From the IMG/VR virus record IMGVR_UViG_2660238548_000012: 6,485 nucleotides of DNA; one strand, written 5' to 3'. The notes beneath the pieces were generated by a model. That model was not told where the DNA came from and did no database searches. It saw only the letters and a program-made list of their open reading frames with translations. A program made the translations under genes and the position numbers. Shown piece by piece: positions 1 through 6,485 of this stretch (the first letter of the stretch is position 1; every line of letters starts with the position of its first letter). Source of the DNA: a virus (lineage: Duplodnaviria; Heunggongvirae; Uroviricota; Caudoviricetes).

Positions 1-269
1 GGCTTAAGGAAGCCGGATTACTGGCATCAACAGGGAGTACTGGCGACTCGTATGACAACGCGATGGCTGAGAGCATCAATGGTCTTTACAAAGCGGAGGT
101 AATACACCGTAAGAGCTGGAAAAACCGGACAGAAGTGGAACTGGCCACACTAACGTGGGTGGACTGGTATAACAATCGACGATTGCTGGAAAGGCTGGGC
201 CATATTCCTCCGGCAGAAGCAGAAAAAGCTTATTATGCTTCCATCGGAAATAATGATCTGGCAGCCTGA
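1..269 (+). CDS. IS3-family transposase OrfB, C-terminal part (5' partial)
   Basis: Frame open from window start (codons from position 3); translation ...GSTGDSYDNAMAESINGLYKAEVIHRKSWKNRTEVELATLTWVDWYNNRRLLERLGHIPPAEAEKAYY... contains the conserved DDE-region D-x-YDNA-x-ES and YNxxR motifs of IS3-family transposases; stop at 267-269. Confidence 0.85.
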   Translation, partial: LKEAGLLASTGSTGDSYDNAMAESINGLYKAEVIHRKSWKNRTEVELATLTWVDWYNNRRLLERLGHIPPAEAEKAYYASIGNNDLAA

Positions 270-311
270 GTTCACAGATAAAATACTCTCCAGGAAACCC
301 GGGGCGGTTCA
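1..311 (+). mobile_element. Right end of an IS3-family insertion sequence (IS629/IS1203/IS3411-like), truncated by the window edge
   Basis: Transposase reading frame runs into the window and ends at 269. Terminal sequence ending ...CCCGGGGCGGTTCA at 311 (reverse complement TGAACCGCCCCGGGTTTCC...) is a typical IS3-family TG...CA inverted-repeat end. The P reading frame diverges from lambda P exactly at this junction. Specific IS name is from memory. Confidence 0.8.
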
Positions 312-982
312 GCTTTGATTTCTGCGATCTTCGCCAGAGCCTGTGCACGATTTAGAGGTCTACCGCCCATGACAGGAAGTTGTTTTACTGGTTCAGGTAT
401 AGCCTCACCACGGTTAATTCGTGCGGTCATACAGGACAGTTCATCGGCAGCCTTGCGCCGTAATTCCGCATCAGTAAGCGCATTGGCCCGCATGTTCTGA
501 TACAGGTTGGTAACCAGCCAGTAGTGCGCGTTTGATTTCCACGGATAAGACTCCGCATCCGGATACAGGCCTCGCTTCCGGAAATACTCGTAAACCATAT
601 CAACCAGCTCGCTGACGTTTGGCAGTCCGGCGATAACGGATGCTTCTTCCCGGCACCATGCAACAAACTGCCCGGGTGATGGCAGAAATGGTCGATTCTG
701 CCGACGGGCTACGCGCATTCCTGCGTTAACCTGTTCCATTGTGGTGATCCCGTTTTCCCGGAAAGCCAGAACCCACTGGCGGCGGATTTCGTTCAGTTCG
801 TTCTGGTCACGGTTAGCCAGGCTCGCCGGGAAAGTTGCCAGTAACTGGCTGAACACACCGTTGATGATCTGCGCTACCTGCTGTACCTGAGGCTTTTCGT
901 CGTACTGTTCCGGCATGTTGTTGGCGATCCGACGCATCTGCTCACGGTCAAAGTTAACCATCTGTGCGGCGATGTTTTTCAT
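272..982 (-). CDS. P: Lambda-type replication protein P (DnaB helicase loader), C-terminus replaced by IS-derived codons
   Basis: 236-aa ORF; about the first 224 residues (MKNIAAQMVNFDREQMRRIANNMPEQYDEKPQVQQ...AKIAEIKA) match lambda P as recalled. The last 12 residues (EPPRVSWRVFYL) and the stop are encoded within the IS terminal repeat (272..311). ATG at 982 overlaps the O stop (ATGA). Confidence 0.88.
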   Translation of the reverse strand: MKNIAAQMVNFDREQMRRIANNMPEQYDEKPQVQQVAQIINGVFSQLLATFPASLANRDQNELNEIRRQWVLAFRENGITTMEQVNAGMRVARRQNRPFLPSPGQFVAWCREEASVIAGLPNVSELVDMVYEYFRKRGLYPDAESYPWKSNAHYWLVTNLYQNMRANALTDAELRRKAADELSCMTARINRGEAIPEPVKQLPVMGGRPLNRAQALAKIAEIKAEPPRVSWRVFYL

Positions 983-1878
983 AAATCCACCCCGTAAATC
1001 CAGTCTGTGTTTGTCAGGTCGAGTTTTGGTTTGCTGGCTGTCACGACTGCCTGTTGCTTGTTACGGTTGATTTCGAGCTGGGTCCACTTGTCGCGGAGTT
1101 TGGCCGGGCTCAGCACATTACCGGACCAGAAGTTGTCCTGGCAGGCCCAGCGGAACAGCACACACATATCGCGGTGGTTACGTCCGTCACGTTCACGCAT
1201 CAGGCGGATATCGTTAGCCCACCCTGCAAAATTCGGTTTTCTGGCTGATGGCGCGATAGTCTTCACCATGTCAAACATCCACTCTGCGGCGGTCAGGTCT
1301 TCTGCTGTCCCCCATTTGCTGCCGCTCTGAATTGCAGCATCAGGTTTCACCACAGAAAGGTCGTTTTCTGGCTGGTCAGAGGATTCGCCAGAATTCTCTG
1401 ACGAATAATCTTTTCTATTTTCTTTTGTATTAGTGTCTTTTGTGTTCCCCTGTTTTGAGGGATAGCAATCCCCCAATTTGAGGGATGTTTTATCCCTCGT
1501 TTTAGGGGATTTTCCCTCGTTTTGAGGGATACACCATTCTGAGATGTTTTTATTTGGTCCAAACATGCCGCCTTGCTGCTTGATAATATTCATTCTGACG
1601 AGTTCTAACTTGGCTTCATTGCACCGTTTGACAGGTAACTTTGTAATCTCGCTAAGTTGAGAATCGGTGATTCTGTCCATTGGTTTATTCCACCCATAGG
1701 TTTTACGCAGAATGGCAAGCAGCACTTTAAACTGTCGCTTGGTCAGATCTGCGCCTGAATAAGCCTCAAGCAGCATATTTGATAGTCTGGCGTAACCATC
1801 ATCGAGATCTGCCACATTACGCTCCTGTCCGGCAAAGTTACCTCTGCCGAAGTTGAGTATTTTTGCTGTATTTGTCAT
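979..1878 (-). CDS. O: Lambda-type replication initiator protein O
   Basis: 299-aa ORF (MTNTAKILNFGRGNFAGQERNVADLDDGYARLSNMLLEAY...DWIYGVDL) recognisable as lambda O; contains the iteron array internally; stop overlaps the P start. Confidence 0.95.
   Translation of the reverse strand: MTNTAKILNFGRGNFAGQERNVADLDDGYARLSNMLLEAYSGADLTKRQFKVLLAILRKTYGWNKPMDRITDSQLSEITKLPVKRCNEAKLELVRMNIIKQQGGMFGPNKNISEWCIPQNEGKSPKTRDKTSLKLGDCYPSKQGNTKDTNTKENRKDYSSENSGESSDQPENDLSVVKPDAAIQSGSKWGTAEDLTAAEWMFDMVKTIAPSARKPNFAGWANDIRLMRERDGRNHRDMCVLFRWACQDNFWSGNVLSPAKLRDKWTQLEINRNKQQAVVTASKPKLDLTNTDWIYGVDL
1400..1531. repeat. ori-lambda: four ~19-bp iterons (O-binding sites) plus adjacent AT-rich unwinding region, inside the O gene
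   Basis: Four tandem repeats of the form TCCCTC-N-GAGGGA at about 1447..1531 (cccctgttttgagggata / atcccccaatttgagggatg / atccctcgttttaggggatt / ttccctcgttttgagggata); AT-rich tract ttttctattttcttttgtattagtgtcttttgt at about 1400..1446. Confidence 0.9.
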
Positions 1879-1888
1879 AATGACTCCT

Positions 1889-1966
1889 GTTGATAGTTCC
1901 AGTAATAACCTCAGAATTCCATCTGGATTTGTTCAGAACGCTCGGTTGCCGCCGGGCGTTTTTTAT
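1889..1966 (+). ncRNA. oop: oop antisense RNA (antisense to the cII 3' end) with its intrinsic terminator
   Basis: gttgatagttccagtaataacctcagaattccatctggatttgttcagaacgctcggttgccgccgggcgttttttatt is nearly identical to lambda oop RNA as recalled; GC-rich stem followed by a T6 run at 1941..1966; opposite strand to cII. Confidence 0.8.
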
Positions 1967-2204
1967 TGGTGAGAATCGAAGCAACTTGTCGTGCCAATCG
2001 AGCCATGTCGTCGTCGACGACACCCCATTCAAGAACAGCAAGCAGCATTGAGAACTTTGGAATCCAATCCCTCTTCCACCTGCTGATCTGCGACTTATCA
2101 ACTCCCACAGCTTCCGCTGTCTTCTCAGTTCCAAGCATTGCGATTTTGTTAAGCAACGCACTCTCGATTCGTAGAGCCTCGTTGCGTTTGTTTGCACGAA
2201 CCAT
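1911..2204 (-). CDS. cII: Transcriptional activator cII (lysogeny establishment)
   Basis: 97-aa protein MVRANKRNEALRIESALLNKIAMLGTEKTAEAVGVDKSQISRWKRDWIPKFSMLLAVLEWGVVDDDMARLARQVASILTNKKRPAATERSEQIQMEF, starting at the ATG at 2204. The 117-aa ORF in the track is an upstream in-frame extension. Confidence 0.95.
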   Translation of the reverse strand: MVRANKRNEALRIESALLNKIAMLGTEKTAEAVGVDKSQISRWKRDWIPKFSMLLAVLEWGVVDDDMARLARQVASILTNKKRPAATERSEQIQMEF

Positions 2205-2221
2205 ATGTAAGTATTTCCTTA
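2182..2221 (+). promoter_or_regulatory. PRE promoter with CII recognition repeats TTGC-N6-TTGC
   Basis: TTGCgtttgtTTGC at 2182..2195 on the strand antisense to cro/cII, followed by an AAGTAT -10-like hexamer around 2209..2214; matches the lambda PRE architecture overlapping the cII start. Confidence 0.7.
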
Positions 2222-2283
2222 GATAACAATTGATTGAATGTATGCAAATAAATGCATACACCATAGGTGTGGTTTATTTTGAT

Positions 2284-2315
2284 GCCCTTTTTCAGGGCTG
2301 GGATGTGTAAGAGCG
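2284..2315 (-). promoter_or_regulatory. nutR site (boxB hairpin 2284..2298, boxA 2308..2315) in the cro-cII intercistronic region
   Basis: Minus-strand reading gives boxA CGCTCTTA followed by boxB GCCCTGAAAAAGGGC (plus strand shows gccctttttcagggc and taagagcg); canonical lambda nutR. Confidence 0.85.
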
Positions 2316-2323
2316 GGAATGTC

Positions 2324-3676
<1,353 letters not shown>

Positions 3677-3726
3677 TCCCCACCTCAATCTCGATAACAA
3701 AAAAACAAACTATTTTCCGTTTAAAA

Positions 3727-3806
3727 ACAATGGAGTTTGTTTTTCACGCCCCTTTTTACAATATTTCTTGTTTACAACATACAATCTTCCTTGTAATTTT
3801 AAGCCA
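3727..3806 (+). promoter_or_regulatory. Left operator of 434 type (OL3 3727..3740, OL2 3758..3771, OL1 3781..3794) with PL promoter (-35 tttaca 3771..3776, -10 about 3794..3799, start near 3806)
   Basis: Three ACAA-N6-TTGT sites: acaatggagtttgt, acaatatttcttgt, acaatcttccttgt. Downstream transcript start region atcagcaggacgcactgacc matches the lambda PL leader. Confidence 0.85.
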
Positions 3807-3839
3807 TCAGCAGGACGCACTGACCACCATTGAAGGTGA

Positions 3840-3870
3840 GGCTCTTAAAAATTAAGCCCTGAAGAAGGGC
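3840..3870 (+). promoter_or_regulatory. nutL site (boxA-like GGCTCTTA 3840..3847; boxB GCCCTGAAGAAGGGC 3856..3870)
   Basis: boxB hairpin is identical to lambda nutL boxB; boxA has G in place of the usual first C. Confidence 0.85.
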
Positions 3871-4027
3871 AGCATTCAAAGCAGAAGGCTTTGGTGTGTG
3901 TGATACGAAACGAAGCATTGGCCGGAAGTGCGAATCCGGATTAGCTGCCAATGTGCCATTGCGGGGTGTTTTCGTTCAGGACTACGACTCCCACACACAA
4001 CCAAAGCTAACTGACAGGAGAATCCAG

Positions 4028-4351
4028 ATGGATGCACAAACACGCCGCCGCGAACGTCGCGCAGAGAAACAGGCTCAATGGAAAGCAGCAAATCCCCTGT
4101 TGGTTGGGGTAAGCGCTAAACCAGTTAACCGCCCTATTCTCTCGCTGAATCGCAAACCGAAATCACGAGTAGAAAGCGCACTGAATCCGATAGACCTTAC
4201 GGTGCTGGCTGAATACCACGAACAGATTGAAAGCAACCTGCAACGTATTGAGCGCAAGAATCATCGAGTTTGGTATAGCAAGCCAGGTGAGTTCGGTATA
4301 ACTTGTCAAGGAAGACAAAAGGTTAAAGGGGAATCCATTCCATTGGCATGA
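4028..4351 (+). CDS. N: Antitermination protein N
   Basis: 107-aa protein MDAQTRRRERRAEKQAQWKAANPLLVGVSAKPVNRPILSLNRKPKSRVESALNPIDLTVLAEYHEQIESNLQRIERKNHRVWYSKPGEFGITCQGRQKVKGESIPLA; arginine-rich boxB-binding N-terminus. The 151-aa track ORF is an upstream extension over the leader. Confidence 0.95.
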   Translation: MDAQTRRRERRAEKQAQWKAANPLLVGVSAKPVNRPILSLNRKPKSRVESALNPIDLTVLAEYHEQIESNLQRIERKNHRVWYSKPGEFGITCQGRQKVKGESIPLA

Positions 4352-4359
4352 GGTACGTA

Positions 4360-5229
4360 ATGAAGAAGATTGATTACAAGTCCATACCAAAACCAATAGA
4401 CTCAGCATCAGAGCGAAAAAAACACAAAAAAGAGGCTGAAAAATTAGCAAATTATATCAGTTTTATTAGAAACAATGCTCACGGCGATGGCGACAAGAAG
4501 TTGCTTTCAGATGCTCGGACCCAAGCGTTCGGTATACTTCGTAAGCAGATGCAATATCGTCTTCATCCTGGCTACATAATTGAAATTCGCCCTACTGAAA
4601 GACAATTGTTCTTATTAAACTCTGTCTTTGACTTTGTAAACGTAGTTGGAGATCTTATCGACAGGTCTGTAGATAAGGATCCTGATACAAATAGTTTTCT
4701 TCTAACAAATAAAGAATACTTATATGGTAAATTCGGTATAAACGGATGGCAAAAATATGTACGCTTCTTACGTGCATTCGTTGATGCGTATAAAAATTCC
4801 GACATGATTTATACATATTTGCCTGGTGGTGATAATTGTACGCTTTCGGCAGACAATAGAATATTCATACCTGTACTTGGTCTTGGGCTGATTAATGCAG
4901 TAAATGAAAAAGATGTTATAATTGTTAAGCAGTGGCGAAAATATGAGGGATATAGATATCTGCCATGCTTTGATATATTAAAAATACAGAATAAATTCTA
5001 TGTAAAAATTAAATATAAAGAAGATATTTTCTTCCTCAGAAAAAACATAGATCTTTTACAAGAACTTTCTGGTACAATAGATGTCATCTTAGGTTCTAGG
5101 TTTATAAAAGAACTGAAAGAAAGCAGGTCTTTCTCTCGTGTAGAGATAAGCGAGTCAGAGTTATGGGGTATATCAAATAATCCTGTAAACCACGCTCACC
5201 AACGAAACCCAAACAAAAAGTGGTCATAA
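4360..5229 (+). CDS. Hypothetical protein (289 aa), AT-rich cargo gene in the N-proximal slot where lambda carries sieB/ral; function unknown, candidate exclusion/defence protein
   Basis: Long uninterrupted ORF with GAGG Shine-Dalgarno 6 nt upstream of the ATG at 4360 (alternative in-frame ATG at 4348 overlaps the N stop). Strongly AT-rich with Lys/Ile/Asn/Tyr-rich composition, unlike the flanking lambda-like genes. No transmembrane segment and no motif I can assign. Confidence 0.7.
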   Translation: MKKIDYKSIPKPIDSASERKKHKKEAEKLANYISFIRNNAHGDGDKKLLSDARTQAFGILRKQMQYRLHPGYIIEIRPTERQLFLLNSVFDFVNVVGDLIDRSVDKDPDTNSFLLTNKEYLYGKFGINGWQKYVRFLRAFVDAYKNSDMIYTYLPGGDNCTLSADNRIFIPVLGLGLINAVNEKDVIIVKQWRKYEGYRYLPCFDILKIQNKFYVKIKYKEDIFFLRKNIDLLQELSGTIDVILGSRFIKELKESRSFSRVEISESELWGISNNPVNHAHQRNPNKKWS

Positions 5230-5278
5230 CCCGCTCAGGCGGATTTCATTTTCACGCAAACAACAGAATAAACACAGC

Positions 5279-5311
5279 GCTGTGTATTCATTCCAACGAG
5301 TGAATACACGG
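5279..5311 (+). other. Near-perfect inverted repeat / RNA hairpin (about 13-bp stem, 4-nt loop) with no following T-tract
   Basis: ctgtgtattcattc-caac-gagtgaatacacg: arms 5280..5293 and 5298..5310 are complementary apart from one G-U position. Confidence 0.5.
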
Positions 5312-5371
5312 AGCAATGTCGCTCGTAACTAAACAGGAGCCGACTTGTTCTGATTATTGGAAATCTTCTTT

Positions 5372-5397
5372 GCCCTCCAAGATGAGGGCGATTTTTT
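5372..5397 (+). terminator. Rho-independent terminator candidate between the cargo gene and ea10
   Basis: GC stem gccctc / gagggc (5372..5377 and 5384..5389) with loop caagat, followed by gattttttat. Confidence 0.6.
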
Positions 5398-5417
5398 ATC
5401 TGTGAGGATATGAACAG

Positions 5418-5786
5418 ATGTCAAACATCAAAAAATACATCATTGATTACGACTGGAAAGCATCAATAGAAATTGAAATCGACCATGACGTAATGACAGA
5501 GGAAAAACTTCACCAGATTAATAATTTCTGGTCAGACTCTGAATACCGACTCAATAAACACGGCTCTGTATTAAATGCTGTATTAATCATGCTGGCGCAA
5601 CATGCTCTGCTTATAGCAATTTCAAGCGACTTAAATGCATATGGTGTTGTGTGTGAGTTCGACTGGAATGATGGAAATGGTCAGGAAGGATGGCCTCCAA
5701 TGGATGGTAGTGAAGGAATAAGAATTACCGATATCGATACATCAGGAATATTTGATTCAGATGATATGACTATCAAGGCCGCCTGA
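5418..5786 (+). CDS. ea10: Ea10-like early protein (lambda ea10, annotated as 'ssb' in some lambda records)
   Basis: 122-aa ORF with GAGGA Shine-Dalgarno; same length as lambda Ea10, and the 73-bp gap from its stop to the cIII start matches my recollection of lambda coordinates. Assignment rests on position and size, not on a recognised motif. Confidence 0.65.
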   Translation: MSNIKKYIIDYDWKASIEIEIDHDVMTEEKLHQINNFWSDSEYRLNKHGSVLNAVLIMLAQHALLIAISSDLNAYGVVCEFDWNDGNGQEGWPPMDGSEGIRITDIDTSGIFDSDDMTIKAA

Positions 5787-5858
5787 GCGCGGCGTTACCG
5801 CATACCAATTACGCTTCACTCGAGGCGTTTTTCGTTATGTATAAATAAGGAGCACACC

Positions 5859-6023
5859 ATGCAATATGCCATTGCAGGGTGGCCTGTTGCTGGCTGCCCT
5901 TCCGAATCTTTACTTGAACGAATCACCCGTAAATTACGTGACGGATGGAAACGCCTTATCGACATACTTAATCAGCCAGGAGTCCCAAAAAATGGATCAA
6001 ACAATTATGGCTATCCAGACTAA
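5859..6023 (+). CDS. cIII: cIII (inhibitor of FtsH-mediated degradation of CII)
   Basis: 54-aa protein [54 protein letters not shown] matches lambda CIII including the amphipathic helix region; strong AAGGAG Shine-Dalgarno 6 nt upstream. Not listed in the ORF track, where the overlapping 89-aa frame masks it. Confidence 0.92.
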   Translation: MQYAIAGWPVAGCPSESLLERITRKLRDGWKRLIDILNQPGVPKNGSNNYGYPD

Positions 6024-6135
6024 ATTCACTATCGCCACTTTTATTGGCGATGAAAAGATGTTTCGTGAGGCCGTCGACGCTTATAAAAAATGGATATTAA
6101 TACTGAAACTGAGATCAAGCAAAAGCATTCACTAA
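5992..6135 (+). CDS. kil: Kil (host cell-division inhibitor)
   Basis: 47-aa protein [47 protein letters not shown] with AGGAG Shine-Dalgarno; overlaps cIII by 32 nt and gam by 46 nt, as in lambda. Corresponds to the C-terminal part of the 89-aa track ORF. Confidence 0.88.
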   Translation: MDQTIMAIQTKFTIATFIGDEKMFREAVDAYKKWILILKLRSSKSIH

Positions 6136-6485
6136 CCCCCTTTCCTGTTTTCCTAATCAGCCCGGCATTTCGCGGGCGATATTTTCACAGCTATTTCAGG
6201 AGTTCGGCCATGAACGCTTATTACATTCAGGATCGTCTTGAGGCTCAGAGCTGGGCGCGTCACTACCAGCAGATAGCCCGTGAAGAGAAAGAGGCAGAAC
6301 TGGCAGACGACATGGAAAAAGGCCTGCCCCAGCACCTGTTTGAATCGCTATGCATCGGTCATTTGCAACGCCACGGGGCCAGCAAAAAAGCCATTACCCG
6401 TGCGTTTGATGACGATGTTGAGTTTCAGGAGCGCATGGCAGAACACATCCGGTACATGGTTGAAACCATTGCTCACCATCAGGTT
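6090..6485 (+). CDS. gam: Gam (RecBCD inhibitor), 3' partial; long form starts at 6090, GamS start at 6210
   Basis: Open frame to the window end; [100 protein letters not shown]... matches lambda Gam; AGGAG Shine-Dalgarno before the internal ATG at 6210. Confidence 0.9.
   Translation, partial: MDINTETEIKQKHSLTPFPVFLISPAFRGRYFHSYFRSSAMNAYYIQDRLEAQSWARHYQQIAREEKEAELADDMEKGLPQHLFESLCIGHLQRHGASKKAITRAFDDDVEFQERMAEHIRYMVETIAHHQV

Noticed and set aside
76-666. Minus- and plus-strand ORFs 76..348, 315..500 and 427..666
   Set aside because: Antisense or out-of-frame ORFs inside the transposase and P coding regions, with no independent support.
1007-1330. Plus-strand ORFs 1007..1330 and 1054..1248
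   Set aside because: Antisense to the well-supported O gene.
1347-1562. 71-aa minus-strand ORF, and the tandem repeats here as a possible CRISPR-like array
   Set aside because: Lies inside O in another frame across the ori-lambda iterons. The repeats are four contiguous O-binding iterons with no spacers, not a CRISPR array.
1838-2197. 119-aa minus-strand ORF
   Set aside because: Alternative frame overlapping cII and the O start; the region is fully explained by cII (1911..2204), oop and the O start.
3725-3744. AU-rich hairpin followed by TTTT after the cI-linked gene, as a possible terminator
   Set aside because: The stem is simply the dyad symmetry of operator OL3 (ACAA...TTGT) and is too weak and AT-rich to call a terminator. 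A terminator for the cI operon was not identified.
3896-4027. N-terminal extension of N to 151 aa
   Set aside because: The extension covers the PL leader and nutL; the known N start MDAQTRRRERR is at 4028.
4163-4805. Minus-strand ORFs 4163..4450 and 4572..4805
   Set aside because: Antisense to N and to the AT-rich cargo gene; open frames of this length arise readily on the opposite strand of AT-rich coding sequence.
5316-5405. Possible 29-aa ORF (MSLVTKQEPTCSDYWKSSLPSKMRAIFYL) between the cargo gene and ea10
   Set aside because: No adequate Shine-Dalgarno spacing, and it runs through the terminator hairpin; more likely non-coding.
5418-5786. 122-aa ORF considered as a partner of the 289-aa cargo gene in a two-gene system
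   Set aside because: Its length and its spacing to cIII match my recollection of lambda ea10, and a hairpin plus terminator separates it from the cargo gene, so it is more likely backbone than cargo.
5866-6135. 89-aa ORF from the six-frame track (MPLQGG...SKSIH)
   Set aside because: It is an artefact of frame overlap. Its N-terminal half is the +1 frame of cIII (5859..6023, strong AAGGAG Shine-Dalgarno) and only its C-terminal 47 codons (5992..6135, own AGGAG Shine-Dalgarno) form the real kil gene.
6158-6186. Short GC stem (gcccg/cgggc) followed by atatttt inside the 5' part of gam
   Set aside because: It lies within the long-form gam coding region; a 5-bp stem with a poor T-tract is not a convincing terminator.
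6153-6335. 60-aa minus-strand ORF
   Set aside because: Antisense to the clearly recognisable gam gene.

Overview
This window is the early-regulatory and immunity region of a lambdoid prophage, cut on the left by an IS3-family insertion sequence. Identifications rest on reading the translated ORFs and motifs against remembered lambda and phage 434 sequences; no database search was run. Reading left to right: IS right end with a partial transposase (1..311); replication genes P and O on the minus strand, with the IS replacing the P C-terminus and ori-lambda iterons inside O; cII (minus) with antisense oop RNA and PRE; nutR; a phage 434-type immunity module (cro, OR1-OR3, cI); a small signal-peptide protein translationally coupled to cI; OL/PL and nutL; N; an AT-rich 289-aa gene of unknown function in the slot where lambda carries sieB/ral; a hairpin plus intrinsic terminator; then ea10, cIII, kil and the start of gam. 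The two non-lambda cargo genes (3272..3676 and 4360..5229) sit at the two classical exclusion/defence slots and are the best candidates for an undescribed function.
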